From Acidobacteriota bacterium (GTDB taxonomy: Bacteria > Acidobacteriota > DATKUA01): DNA of 62,071 nt. The DNA is taken from positions 1 to 62,071 of the forward strand of contig DATKUA010000257.1 of the NCBI GenBank assembly GCA_035530855.1. Direction: 5' to 3'. Positions 10,789-21,020 of the stretch are shown here, piece after piece. A program made the position numbers and the translations under genes. The notes beneath the pieces are model-generated. The model ran no database searches, was not told where the DNA came from, and saw nothing but the letters and a program-made list of their open reading frames with translations. Position 1 is the first letter of the stretch; every line of letters starts with the position of its first letter.

Positions 10789-12126
10789 ATGAGTAAAAGC
10801 TTGATCACGTTTGACGCAGGTAATTGCCACCCCTCGCGCGTCGGCGAAGAGTTAGGCATCCCGCGCGATGAAATCGACGGCTATGGCGAGCAATTCGACA
10901 AGGCCCTAGCTCAAATAATGCGGTGGGACGCCGACGGCACCTATGGTTTCCTCTCCCTGCCGGAAAGCAATCCCGCCGCCGGCGAAGCCCGCGAGATCGT
11001 CGCCGGCGCGCCCGAAGGTGTCGAAACCTTCCTTCACCTCGGCATCGGTGGATCATCGCTCGGACCGATAGCAATCCAGAACGCTCTGGACAACTCGCTG
11101 ACGCCGAAAACGCCGACGCCGTTCAAACGCGTAGTAGTTCATGAGAACGTCGATCCGGAAGGCTTCGCACTGCATGCCGCTTCGATCGATTTTGAGCGTA
11201 CGATGGTCAACGTCGTCAGCAAATCAGGCGGAACAATCGAAACTCTGTCATTGCTGACGGCGACGCTCGCCAGGATGAAGGAAGCGCTGCTACCCGGCAA
11301 ACTTGCTGAGCGGCTGATCGTCTCCACCGAGAATCCCGATGGCGTGCTGCGCAAGCTGGCTGACGAGTACGGCGCGCGAGTTGTACAGTTGCCCGGCAAC
11401 GTCGGCGGGCGCTTCTCCATCCTCACCGCTGTCGGGTTACTGCCGGCAGCCGCGATGGGACTCGATCCATCTGAACTGCTCGCCGGAGCGGCAGCGATGC
11501 GCAATGCTTGCTTCGCCGCCGAATCGCCTCACGATCCCTGCTTCCTCTCGGCACTGATCCCCTACCTGCTGGCACAGCGGGGTGTCAATATCCACGTGCT
11601 CTTCCCATACAGCGATCTGCTAGGCGGCTTCGCGCTCTGGTGCCGCCAGTTATTAGCCGAAAGCCTGGGCAAGAAAGTCAACCGCAAGGGCGAGGTGGTG
11701 CACGTCGGCCAGACGCCGATGGCGTCGATCGGCACGGTCGACCAGCATTCCCTGCTACAGCTTTACATGGAAGGTCCTGACGACAAGTTCTTCACCTTCT
11801 TCGAGATCGAGAACTTCCGCAACGACGAGCCACTTGACGATCTGCCCCACCCCAAGCTGGAACCGCAACACAAACGCGGCCTGACGCTTGGGAAACTGCT
11901 CAACGCGGAGCTGCGCGGCACCGCCGATGCTCTCGCAAGCGAAGGGAGACCGAGCGCGACCATCCGTATCCCGCGGCTTGACGCACACGCCCTCGGGCAG
12001 CTCTTCTATTTCTTCGAGTTGAGCACCGCCTACGCTGCCGAGCTTTACGACATCGACGCCTTCGACCAGCCGGGCGTGGAGGCCAGCAAGAAGCTCACCA
12101 TGCGCTACCTGCGCGGCGAGGCCTGA
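10789..12126 (+). CDS. pgi: glucose-6-phosphate isomerase (short type)
   Basis: 445 aa. 'LGIGGSSLGP' SIS motif and 'VSKSGGTIET'. Confidence 0.9.
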   Translation: MSKSLITFDAGNCHPSRVGEELGIPRDEIDGYGEQFDKALAQIMRWDADGTYGFLSLPESNPAAGEAREIVAGAPEGVETFLHLGIGGSSLGPIAIQNALDNSLTPKTPTPFKRVVVHENVDPEGFALHAASIDFERTMVNVVSKSGGTIETLSLLTATLARMKEALLPGKLAERLIVSTENPDGVLRKLADEYGARVVQLPGNVGGRFSILTAVGLLPAAAMGLDPSELLAGAAAMRNACFAAESPHDPCFLSALIPYLLAQRGVNIHVLFPYSDLLGGFALWCRQLLAESLGKKVNRKGEVVHVGQTPMASIGTVDQHSLLQLYMEGPDDKFFTFFEIENFRNDEPLDDLPHPKLEPQHKRGLTLGKLLNAELRGTADALASEGRPSATIRIPRLDAHALGQLFYFFELSTAYAAELYDIDAFDQPGVEASKKLTMRYLRGEA

Positions 12127-12135
12127 CCTCGGGAG

Positions 12136-14043
12136 ATGGCATTGGAGAACAAATCAATCGTCGTCGGAACCGCCGGGCATATCGATCATGGTAAAACCGC
12201 CCTTGTCAGGGCTCTGACGGGCATCGACACCGACCGACTCGACGAGGAGAAGCGCAGAGGAATCACCATTGAGCTTGGCTTTGCGCCGCTCGAACTGGTA
12301 GGCGGCGTGCACATCGGCTTCGTCGACGTTCCCGGCCACGAGCGCTTCGTCAAGAACATGCTCGCCGGCGCGGGGGGCGTGGATGCCATTCTAATAGTAG
12401 TCGCGGCCGATGAATCCGTCATGCCGCAGACGCGGGAACACGTCGAGATTTGCGACCTGCTCGAGATCGATGCGGCCGTTGTGGCGATCACCAAAACAGA
12501 CCTGGTTGATGACGAGACGCTGGAGCTTGTCACGCTGGAGGTCGGTGAGTTTCTAGAGCAGACCAGGTTCGCCGGAGCGCCAATCCTGGCGGTCAGCTCG
12601 GAAACCGGAGCCGGTCTCGAAGAACTCAAGGTTGAGCTCAGCGCTATGGCGGGCAGTGTCGAGGCCAGGAGTGAGACTTTGATACCGCGACTGCCCGTGG
12701 ACCGGGTCTTCACCATGAAGGGCTTCGGCACGGTCGTAACGGGAACACTGATTTCAGGCAAGCTCACCGAGGGGATGCAGATTGAATTGCAACCTTCGGG
12801 CAAGAAGACCACGATCAAGAACCTGCAGGTGCACGGCGAAAGCGTTGGGGAAGCGCTGGCCGGACACCGCGTCGCAGTCAACCTCGCCGGCCTTGGCAAG
12901 GACGAAATCGACCGCGGCGAGATCCTCGCTCCAGCCGGGAGCCAGAGCCCGACCTCCATGCTCGACCTCCACTGCCGGGTGTTGCCTTCGTCGCCCTGCG
13001 CTCTTGAGCCCAACCAGCGCGTGCGGCTCCATATCGGCTCCGCGGAGTTGATTGGCAGGCTCCAGATCATCTCAGGGCGGAAGATCGACGTGGGCGGAAC
13101 CGGCTACTTGCGGGTCAGGCTGGAATCGCCGGCGCCTGCCCTGGTCGGCGACCGCTATGTCATCCGCCGTTATTCGCCCATGGTCACCATCGCCGGCGGC
13201 ACCGTTCTGGATAACCGACCCGGGAGAGTCCGCAACCGCGAGCAGTATCTCGAGCATTTGAAGAAATTGGAGCAAGCGGATCTGCCTGGCAGAATTGCAC
13301 TGCTGTTGGAATCTTTTCGGGGCGGCCTGACCGCTGGAGAGCTGACCGGGAGATTCGGCCTGACCCAGCGCGAAGGAGAGTCTATCCTCCAAAAGTTCGT
13401 GGCAAAGGGCGACGCCGTCTTATTAGGCGACAAGCCCCTCACAATTTGCAGCACGGTTTACTTTGAAGGCGTGACAAGAAAACTCCTGAAAACACTGGAA
13501 AAGGCCCATGCGGAAACGCCGTACGCCGAGGGCATACCCTTCGATGTTGTGAGGCGGGGCCTGCCGCGCGGCGCAGACGAGTCGATTTTCCGGGCAGCGA
13601 TAGCTCAACTCCGGGATGCGGAAAAAGTGACCGTCACCGGCGGCCACGCTTCTCTGAGCGGCCACAGGCTGAATCTGACACCGGGGCAGCAGGATATCTT
13701 GAAGGACCTGGAAGCAGCGTTTCTCGAATCCGGATTTGCGCCGCCCCCCGCTTCCCAGATCACAGCGGAGCACGGCGGCTCCAAATCCCGTCCGCTTTTC
13801 GAACTGCTGGTCTCACGTGGTCTGCTGCTGAAGATTTCCGCTGACCTCTATTATCACCGCGATACTGTCGAACGATTGATCGCGACAGTTAGGGATCAGG
13901 TCGAGGGGGAGAGCTTTTCGGTCCCGCAGTTCAAGGACTGGTTCGGTATATCACGCAAGTACGCCATCCCCCTGTTGGAATACCTCGATTCCACAGGAAT
14001 CACTTACCGCGACGGCGATGCGCGGCGCCTCGGCAAGAGCTGA
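12136..14043 (+). CDS. selB: selenocysteine-specific translation elongation factor
   Basis: 635 aa. GTPase motifs 'GHIDHGKT', 'DVPGHERF', 'ITKTD'. A long C-terminal winged-helix region is typical of bacterial SelB. Confidence 0.9.
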   Translation: MALENKSIVVGTAGHIDHGKTALVRALTGIDTDRLDEEKRRGITIELGFAPLELVGGVHIGFVDVPGHERFVKNMLAGAGGVDAILIVVAADESVMPQTREHVEICDLLEIDAAVVAITKTDLVDDETLELVTLEVGEFLEQTRFAGAPILAVSSETGAGLEELKVELSAMAGSVEARSETLIPRLPVDRVFTMKGFGTVVTGTLISGKLTEGMQIELQPSGKKTTIKNLQVHGESVGEALAGHRVAVNLAGLGKDEIDRGEILAPAGSQSPTSMLDLHCRVLPSSPCALEPNQRVRLHIGSAELIGRLQIISGRKIDVGGTGYLRVRLESPAPALVGDRYVIRRYSPMVTIAGGTVLDNRPGRVRNREQYLEHLKKLEQADLPGRIALLLESFRGGLTAGELTGRFGLTQREGESILQKFVAKGDAVLLGDKPLTICSTVYFEGVTRKLLKTLEKAHAETPYAEGIPFDVVRRGLPRGADESIFRAAIAQLRDAEKVTVTGGHASLSGHRLNLTPGQQDILKDLEAAFLESGFAPPPASQITAEHGGSKSRPLFELLVSRGLLLKISADLYYHRDTVERLIATVRDQVEGESFSVPQFKDWFGISRKYAIPLLEYLDSTGITYRDGDARRLGKS

Positions 14044-14066
14044 GTGCAGCAGACAGTCTGGGACAA

Positions 14067-15419
14067 TTAATCTACGCGCGTTACGATGTCGTGACGTCCC
14101 GCCCACTCCCGCACGTTATTCAAGGCTCGCTCTGCCTGAGCTTCCCTGCGCTTCCTCTTCGGCCTGTGCGGAATGCCTTCCTCACCCTGGAGCAACCCGA
14201 ATGTAACGTTCATCGGTTGGAAGATCTTCGACTCCGCGTTGGCGACGTAATATGAAAGCGCGCCTATAGCTGTGGTAGGTGGCAGCGGATCGACCTTCCC
14301 CTCGCCAAGAAACTGTGCCATATACAACCCGGCAGCAAGACCGGAGGACGCGGATTCAACGTAGCCTTCGACGCCAGAGAGCTGCCCCGCGATGAATAGC
14401 CCCGGCTTGCCTCGCACCTGATATGTAGGCTCCAGCACCTCCGGCGCGTTGATGTAGGTGTTGCGGTGCATCTGACCCAAGCGCGCGAACTGGGCGTTCT
14501 GCAAGCCGGGAATTTCCCTGACCACGCGTTTCTGTTCCGCCTGCCGCATGCGGGTTTGGAAACCAACGATGTTGTAGTGCTCTGCGGCGATGTCGTCCTG
14601 GCGCAACTGCACTACGGCATAAGGTTCTTTGCCGGTTCGCGGATCGGGCAGGCCGACCGGCTTTAGCGGCCCGAAGCGCATCACGTCGTCACCGCGAACG
14701 GCCATTTCTTCGATAGGGAGACAGCCCTCGAAGAACCGCTCGCCCTCGAAATCGTGGATCGGGTACTGCTCGGCAGATCTCAACGCCGCCAGAAAGGAGA
14801 GATACTCTTCTTGATTCATCGGGCAGTTGATATATTCCCCCTCGCCCTTGTTGTAACGGCTGGCGCGGAAGATTATTTCCTCGTCGATTGAGTCGGCGAA
14901 GACTATCGGGGCAATCGCATCGTAGAAATGCAAATATTTGACACCGATCAAAGCCGCCAGGTTTTCGGCGAGAGCCTCGGAGGTCAGCGGACCCGTGGCT
15001 ACAATCACCGGCTCTTCTTGAGGGATCTCTCGTATTTCCTCTCGAATGATTTCAAGGTTGCCATGTGAGGATAGTCTCTCTTCTGTATACGATGAGAAGC
15101 GCTCGCGGTCGACTGCCAGCGCCTGGCCGGCGGGCACGCGGCAGTTATCGGCCGCTTCCATCGTCAGCGAGCCGAGTATTCGCATCTCGGCCTTGAGCAA
15201 ACCCGGCGCGCTGGAGAGGCTGTTCGAGCGGAAGGAATTGCTGCAGACAAGCTCGGCCAGGTTGCCTCCGGTATGTGCGGGTGTTTTTGATCGGGGCCGT
15301 TGCTCGAATAACCGGACGCGTCGCCCCTGCCGCAGAAGTTGAAACGCCGCTTCGCAACCGGCCAGCCCACCGCCGATAATAGTGACTATATCCTTGTTGG
15401 TCATCGACTCATCATACAA
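14067..15419 (-). CDS. trmFO: methylenetetrahydrofolate--tRNA-(uracil-5-)-methyltransferase
   Basis: 450 aa. FAD motif 'IIGGGLAGCEAAFQL'. Gid/TrmFO-like along its full length. Confidence 0.93.
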   Translation of the reverse strand: MYDESMTNKDIVTIIGGGLAGCEAAFQLLRQGRRVRLFEQRPRSKTPAHTGGNLAELVCSNSFRSNSLSSAPGLLKAEMRILGSLTMEAADNCRVPAGQALAVDRERFSSYTEERLSSHGNLEIIREEIREIPQEEPVIVATGPLTSEALAENLAALIGVKYLHFYDAIAPIVFADSIDEEIIFRASRYNKGEGEYINCPMNQEEYLSFLAALRSAEQYPIHDFEGERFFEGCLPIEEMAVRGDDVMRFGPLKPVGLPDPRTGKEPYAVVQLRQDDIAAEHYNIVGFQTRMRQAEQKRVVREIPGLQNAQFARLGQMHRNTYINAPEVLEPTYQVRGKPGLFIAGQLSGVEGYVESASSGLAAGLYMAQFLGEGKVDPLPPTTAIGALSYYVANAESKIFQPMNVTFGLLQGEEGIPHRPKRKRREAQAERALNNVREWAGRHDIVTRVD

Positions 15420-15424
15420 TCCGG

Positions 15425-16195
15425 CTAAAAACCGAATTCCAGGCGTTGCGCGAGGAAAATAGGCAGGCCCGCGGCGATAATCCCGCCCTGGGCTTCGGTA
15501 ATGTCGTATTCGACTCTGCGAAAATGCAACAGTCCTTCGGCCAAATCCACGATCAGGTATGCGGAGGCCGGATTACGGTCGCGCGGCTGGCCGACCGAGC
15601 CCGGATTGATCAAATATCTGATTCCCGGTTCCAGCTGAAGGATCCTCTCAGTGTCTCCGCCGCTCTTGTACTCCAGATTTGTGAAGAGCACTCCGTCCGG
15701 CCTGATTGCGGCGGCGGTCGGCACGTGGGTGTGGCCGAAAAACGCGAGTTTGAAATGAACGCCGTCAAGCTTCTCCAGAGCCCTGTACAGATCGGTGATC
15801 GACATCAGGTAGTGATCGGTCCCCACCGGCGATCCGTGAAAGAACTGGAACTCCTCCTCGGCCAGGTTCTTGGGTAATGAGGCGAGCCATTGAAGATTTT
15901 CGGGAGAAAGGGCGCTCCGTTGGTACCCTATCGCCTCGCGGGCGTCGGGATTAAAGATATCCAGGTATCCCGGCGGCGGATCTGCCGTGGCAAGGTCATG
16001 ATTGCCAAGAATGGTTCTGCCGTCTGCGATTTTTCGAACCGCCTCAACACACTGCTCAGGCTCGGCGCCGTAGCCGACGACGTCTCCAAGACAGTAAATC
16101 TCGTCGGGCTCCTCCTCTTCCAGCCGCTTCAGCACGGCCTCAAGAGCCACAATGTTGGAATGGATATCGCTGATGACAGCAAAGCGTCTCGCCAT
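15425..16195 (-). CDS. metallophosphoesterase family protein
   Basis: 'FAVISDIHSN', 'GDVVGYG', 'GNHD', 'GHTH' motifs. ATG at 16195 is preferred because the upstream gene stops at 16201. Confidence 0.8.
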   Translation of the reverse strand: MARRFAVISDIHSNIVALEAVLKRLEEEEPDEIYCLGDVVGYGAEPEQCVEAVRKIADGRTILGNHDLATADPPPGYLDIFNPDAREAIGYQRSALSPENLQWLASLPKNLAEEEFQFFHGSPVGTDHYLMSITDLYRALEKLDGVHFKLAFFGHTHVPTAAAIRPDGVLFTNLEYKSGGDTERILQLEPGIRYLINPGSVGQPRDRNPASAYLIVDLAEGLLHFRRVEYDITEAQGGIIAAGLPIFLAQRLEFGF

Positions 16196-16200
16196 TTCAT

Positions 16201-18207
16201 CTATTCCTGTGATGATATACCCACGCGGCATCCCAGATTCCGCGTATCCGCCTGTCCGGTCTTTTCACCTGCTTCGACCGGGTGGAAGCCGCTTGGGCTG
16301 GCGATGGCTATTCTGAACAAACTGCGATGCCTCCATGGTACTGCCAGCTTACCCGGAACCTCAAGGCGTCGCCAGCGAGGCCTGTCAAAATTCAATTTAA
16401 ATGCGGCTCCTTCAACTTCCAGCTCGACAGTCTGCACAACGCGGCTGTGGACATCGATCAGCAGCGTCGAAGGGCTTTCCGCGCATACGATGCTGACATT
16501 CGCTTTCCCGCCGCCTTTGACCCAAAAACCGATCTGTCGATCAGCATCTACCGGTTCCAGACCATATGTATTTCCGTCATTGAAGGCAATGCGGATATTG
16601 CCGCCGCCTAGGAGATCCTCATCAGCGATCAACTCGGCTCCCAGGTAGCTCACACCCAGAATCAGCAGCGGAAACCCTCCGCAGAAAGCAACGAGCCACG
16701 GGCCGGGAGTGGACGGTCCCCCACGCTGCTCGCGACTTCCGAGCCGGAAGATAACAAGCACGATCGTTACCGCCAGAGCGATGAAAAGAATCGTGGGTAG
16801 AGGATGTATGTCATTGGGATTGAAAAGGTTCGGAAAGAGCGCAGTCAGATCAAAAGGCGCCGGAATGCTGGCGAAGAAATTGTTCCCGTGCTTTTCAGTA
16901 TGCCCAAGCAGCACATGATAAATGATGTGGTTGTGAGTGACGATTAATGCAAAAAATACCAGCGTTATCGTCGAGACTACGATGCGGATACCGTTGGCTA
17001 GATTGCCTCTTACCTTATCGTAAGCAACCGCCATCCCCACTACCAGAACCCAGATAACAGCCACCAACGGCCTCCCCGCGGGTGCGTGGCCGCTGCTCCA
17101 GCCACTGAGCGAATAGGCGATCCAATGGACCAGGAATATTGAGGCCATGGTCAAGGCCAGCGGATGCTTGCGATACAGCATCAGCAGTAGCCCAGCGATC
17201 CCGAATAAGTACACCGGGCTGTAGAACAGTATGCCGTCACGCTGGTCGAAGAAGTACATCAGGGCGACCCTGACATAGTCGCCCACAGGCGGAAGGAAAC
17301 CATCGGCGCCCCTAATCGCTTGCAGATTGACCGATGCCAGCGGCTTCGCGTCTTCGCCGACTCCGGTGTAAATCACCGTCGGGCTTAACGAGCCGTAGAG
17401 CGTAAGCAGAAAGAGCGCGAGCAGGGCAATCGCGAGCACGGGGGCGGCGAAAAGTGCAGCAAGCCGGCGAATCGAACGTTGCTCCCGGCGAATTATTTTC
17501 ACGGTAAAGGCCACTGCGGCCACAAGTGCGATCGCGGTGTACTTGATCCCCAGCCAGGGCATTGCCGCCAGGCACACGCCGGCCAATAGCGGGGCTCGTA
17601 TTCCTGAGCCGTCCCAGTTAAACATCAACCGCAGCGCGAGGATCAGCAGCAACGCCGCCCCGACTTCCGGATAGATGCTATAGCTGTAAAATGCCAAAGG
17701 GACGGAAAAGGCGCCGAAAAGCCAGGCCGCGGCTGAGACATCTCGGGAAAGGGCCAGGTCTCTGCAGAGCAAGTATATGTTAACGACCAGCAGCGTGTAG
17801 AGAATCGCCATGCTCAGGCGCGCGAAGAACACAACGTCGCCTACAAGCGTGCCCAACCAATAAAACGGCGCAAGATATACTCCAAGGCCGATCATCCTCG
17901 TGCTGTAATGGCCACCCAGTCCCGGGGCATAGTGGGGCGGGAGTGCCGGGCCGGAGTAGAAATCCCTCCACGCCTGCTCCTCGACATAGTCGTCGCGGAG
18001 GTCGAGGTCGCCGTCGCTGACAATGCTGTGGGCTACCATAAGATAGTGCGGCTCGTCGCCGGTCAAGCCCTTCAGCGGTCCGACGACCTGCGAGATCAGC
18101 AGGAGAGCAAAGAGGAAGCTGACAACCCCCATCCAGATCGCGTCAAGCCTCGGCTCGGTCCAGAACGTGACCTGAAGCTTATTAGATCTGGGGATTGCAC
18201 TCGACAT
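16201..18207 (-). CDS. GT-C-like (ArnT/PMT-type) polytopic membrane protein, putative glycosyltransferase
   Basis: More than 10 predicted TM helices. Acidic first-loop motif 'GDEPHYL', as seen in GT-C enzymes. Soluble C-terminal ~150 aa. ATG 18207 (AGAGG RBS) is preferred to TTG 18270. Confidence 0.55.
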   Translation of the reverse strand: MSSAIPRSNKLQVTFWTEPRLDAIWMGVVSFLFALLLISQVVGPLKGLTGDEPHYLMVAHSIVSDGDLDLRDDYVEEQAWRDFYSGPALPPHYAPGLGGHYSTRMIGLGVYLAPFYWLGTLVGDVVFFARLSMAILYTLLVVNIYLLCRDLALSRDVSAAAWLFGAFSVPLAFYSYSIYPEVGAALLLILALRLMFNWDGSGIRAPLLAGVCLAAMPWLGIKYTAIALVAAVAFTVKIIRREQRSIRRLAALFAAPVLAIALLALFLLTLYGSLSPTVIYTGVGEDAKPLASVNLQAIRGADGFLPPVGDYVRVALMYFFDQRDGILFYSPVYLFGIAGLLLMLYRKHPLALTMASIFLVHWIAYSLSGWSSGHAPAGRPLVAVIWVLVVGMAVAYDKVRGNLANGIRIVVSTITLVFFALIVTHNHIIYHVLLGHTEKHGNNFFASIPAPFDLTALFPNLFNPNDIHPLPTILFIALAVTIVLVIFRLGSREQRGGPSTPGPWLVAFCGGFPLLILGVSYLGAELIADEDLLGGGNIRIAFNDGNTYGLEPVDADRQIGFWVKGGGKANVSIVCAESPSTLLIDVHSRVVQTVELEVEGAAFKLNFDRPRWRRLEVPGKLAVPWRHRSLFRIAIASPSGFHPVEAGEKTGQADTRNLGCRVGISSQE

Positions 18208-18415
18208 CTGATCCAACCTCTGGTTACGAACACATGAATTTTGGGGCTCCGCGTGCAGGGTGTAAAGCAAGCGAGTTCTAGGATTGCTGCTTATGTCAGC
18301 AGAACTTATTACTAGTGCTCATGAGACCTCCGTCGGCTGCATTGGAGCAATTGTTATCTAGCAACGGAATAATGGTCCCTCAGCGAAGTAGAAAGACCCC
18401 CCGCTTCCATCCTGC

Positions 18416-19189
18416 CTACCCTCTATTGCGCTGGTAAATCAGCCTGAGACCTTCCAGGGTTAACGTGGGATCGTAAACCGCCTCCTCCCCCATCTCCGGC
18501 GCGAACACCCTGGCAAGCCCCCCTGTCAGAATAACCTTGATCCTGCCCTCACCCGCAAGCTCCGCATTCATCCGCTTTGTGATGCCGCGCACCTGTTCAA
18601 GGTATCCGTAATAGAGTCCCGACTGCATGCTGCCGACAGTGTTTCCACCGATTACTTTCTCCGGTCTAACGATATCGATTCGCGGCAGCCGCGCGGCCTT
18701 TTCGAAAAGGGCGGTGGCCGAGATTCCGATGCCCGGGCAAATCACACCGCCGATGTACTCCCCCCGCCCATTGACTGCGTCGAAGGTGGTAGCTGTGCCG
18801 AAGTCGATGATTATCGCCGGAGCGCCGTATTTCTCAACTGCCGCCACTGCGTTGGCGATGCGGTCGGCACCCACATCCGTCGGGGCGTCGTAAATCACTG
18901 CGATGCCGGGGTCGACGCCGCGATTGACGAACATCGGCTCGATCTTGAAATACCGCCCGCTCATCCGCTCCAGCACTCCCTCCAACGGAGGCACAACGCA
19001 GGCAATCGCAACCGAGGAAATCTCCTCCTGCGACATGCCTTCAAGGTGGAGTAAGTTGAGGATCAGCTGGCCCCACTCGTCCGCGGTGCGATACCTGTCG
19101 GTGGCCAGACGCCAATCTGCCACAAGGTCCTTGTCGGAAAATGTCCCGATTGCTGTATGGGTGTTACCGACGTCAATCACCAGGAGCAT
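18416..19189 (-). CDS. coaX: type III pantothenate kinase
   Basis: 257 aa. 'MLLVIDVGNTHT' N-terminus and 'GTATTFD'. Confidence 0.95.
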   Translation of the reverse strand: MLLVIDVGNTHTAIGTFSDKDLVADWRLATDRYRTADEWGQLILNLLHLEGMSQEEISSVAIACVVPPLEGVLERMSGRYFKIEPMFVNRGVDPGIAVIYDAPTDVGADRIANAVAAVEKYGAPAIIIDFGTATTFDAVNGRGEYIGGVICPGIGISATALFEKAARLPRIDIVRPEKVIGGNTVGSMQSGLYYGYLEQVRGITKRMNAELAGEGRIKVILTGGLARVFAPEMGEEAVYDPTLTLEGLRLIYQRNRG

Positions 19190-19198
19190 CTTGCAATC

Positions 19199-20452
19199 CT
19201 AGAACAGCGGGATGCGGATTTTGCCAATGACAAGCGGTGCGTAAAGCAGCAGCAGGGCAATGAATCCGAGAGCCAGGCTCACGTTGGCCAGCATAAGCAA
19301 CCTGTTGCGAACGGCCCGCGCCGAGAATCCGAAGGCTATCGACAGCGACAAGACCGAAGCCAGGATGAGAACGGTGACCGGCATGCCGTATTCCGGGGTC
19401 TGAGCGTAGTAAGTCGTCGATCCCAGAGTCGCCCCCCCAAGCGATAGATTGTTCATCATCGGCAGCACAGAGCTTTCCAGATGCGCCCAGACAAACAGCA
19501 GCAGGGTCAACGCCGCGAACACAATAGCAACGATGCTCTGCACGCTGCCTTCCTTAAGCACGAAGAGCGCTCCCTTACGCGCCATCAATATTCCGTAGAC
19601 GATGAGGATGATTGCGGCGAATGCTGTCTGCGCCGCGATCAGGATCACTCCAGTGAATTCTCCTGCTGCAATTGCCTGCACCTGCCCGGAAAAGAGGGAC
19701 AAGGGATAGAAGAAGCAGAACAGCCCCGCAACGAGGAGGCCTGACAGGCTCTGCATCCAGAACGCGGCTATCCCCAGCGCGACCAGCGTCAACGACCAGA
19801 TCGGATCGAATTGCCACGCACCGATGTTGAGCAGGGACGTTGAGAAGCCCAGTAATCCAACTACAATGATGATGGTCTTGTAAAGAACGCCGGATGAAGG
19901 CTGTGCCGCGTCGCCGGAAATGCCGAAGATTGCGCCTCTCTTCTTCTCGGCACGCATCGGATCCCGCCAACGGCGGCGCGTTTCCGTTGACTCATCCCTA
20001 TCTCCATCAAGCGTCACTCCAACCGGCGAAGCAACCTGATCGGGCATTTCGACGTCCTGCAAGGGGCTGCGTGCGCGCCTCTGTGTGTCTGTCGCCGCGG
20101 CTTCTTCCGGCTTATCAATATCCCCGATGACAACCTCTTCAGGCATGTCCACTTCCGAAACCGCTGCTTCACCAAGACGGATCTCGGTCGCCTCGACCTC
20201 TTCCACTTCGCCCGCGTCTTCGGTCATTTCAACGAACAAAGGCGCTTCCGGATAGGGCTCAGCGGCTACCGTCTCACTCGGAACAGACTCCGGCGGGGCA
20301 GCTTCAGCCGGTTCGGTCACATAGCGGACGGCAAAGCGATGGTTGCAGACAACGCAGCGGGCGATCTTGCCATGGTCTCCAAGCTGGGTACTATTGACTT
20401 GATAGACCGTCCCGCACTGGGAACAAGTAAACTGTATCACGGCTTCTGTCAT
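19199..20452 (-). CDS. zinc-ribbon (MJ0042-type) domain protein with acidic linker and polytopic membrane C-terminus
   Basis: 417 aa. N-terminal 'FTCSQCGTVYQV..GKIARCVVCNHRF' (CxxC..CxxC). A ~130-aa Glu/Pro/Ala-rich linker. About 7 hydrophobic helices in the C-terminal half. Confidence 0.65.
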   Translation of the reverse strand: MTEAVIQFTCSQCGTVYQVNSTQLGDHGKIARCVVCNHRFAVRYVTEPAEAAPPESVPSETVAAEPYPEAPLFVEMTEDAGEVEEVEATEIRLGEAAVSEVDMPEEVVIGDIDKPEEAAATDTQRRARSPLQDVEMPDQVASPVGVTLDGDRDESTETRRRWRDPMRAEKKRGAIFGISGDAAQPSSGVLYKTIIIVVGLLGFSTSLLNIGAWQFDPIWSLTLVALGIAAFWMQSLSGLLVAGLFCFFYPLSLFSGQVQAIAAGEFTGVILIAAQTAFAAIILIVYGILMARKGALFVLKEGSVQSIVAIVFAALTLLLFVWAHLESSVLPMMNNLSLGGATLGSTTYYAQTPEYGMPVTVLILASVLSLSIAFGFSARAVRNRLLMLANVSLALGFIALLLLYAPLVIGKIRIPLF

Positions 20453-20530
20453 GGGTTTAGGGTCTCCCCCAAGTATTCAATCATTGTACTCGGTGACGGT
20501 AAAGCGTGTCAAACCCGCCGCAACCCCGCA

Positions 20531-20559
20531 TTGACTAACGTCTGCTTATGCGGTAGGAT
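20531..20559 (+). promoter_or_regulatory. putative sigma-70 promoter for the 20598 operon
   Basis: TTGACT (20531-20536), 17-nt spacer, TAGGAT (20554-20559), about 40 nt upstream of the ATG at 20598. Confidence 0.35.
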
Positions 20560-20597
20560 TTGCCCGGATTATTACCATATCTTGGGGCGGAGCGGAG

Positions 20598-21005
20598 ATG
20601 ACTTTCTCACGTAACGATCGGGGGTTCATCACAGGTAAAGCCGCATTCGGAATACTTGTTATTCTATTTCTCATCTACACGGCAACCTCTTACTTTCCTC
20701 TTGTCAATCTACCGTTCAGCCTCGACGGCAAGGTCAAGCAACTCAGCCAAGATTGGCTCCGGACGCCGCCGCGCTATCGCCGGCAATCGGAACTCAAGCA
20801 ATTCAAGCAGAATGTCGAAGCTGCGATCAACCAACTCCTGGCTCCCGATCACGAGTTCAATATCGACGATCTGGTTTTGGAGGCCTCCGTCCGTTCGACA
20901 AAGGTCAAGGTCCAGCTCTCTTACACAATCGTTATCAATTACCTCGGTATACAGCAACGCTACGAGAAGGAGTTGTTGATCGAGGAGGCCGCCTGGAAAT
21001 TCTGA
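20598..21005 (+). CDS. hypothetical membrane-anchored small protein
   Basis: 135 aa with GGAGCGGAG RBS. A single N-terminal TM helix 'AAFGILVILFLIYTATSYF' is followed by a soluble domain. Family not recognised with confidence. Confidence 0.55.
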   Translation: MTFSRNDRGFITGKAAFGILVILFLIYTATSYFPLVNLPFSLDGKVKQLSQDWLRTPPRYRRQSELKQFKQNVEAAINQLLAPDHEFNIDDLVLEASVRSTKVKVQLSYTIVINYLGIQQRYEKELLIEEAAWKF

Positions 21006-21020
21006 GTTAGATGGTGCGCG

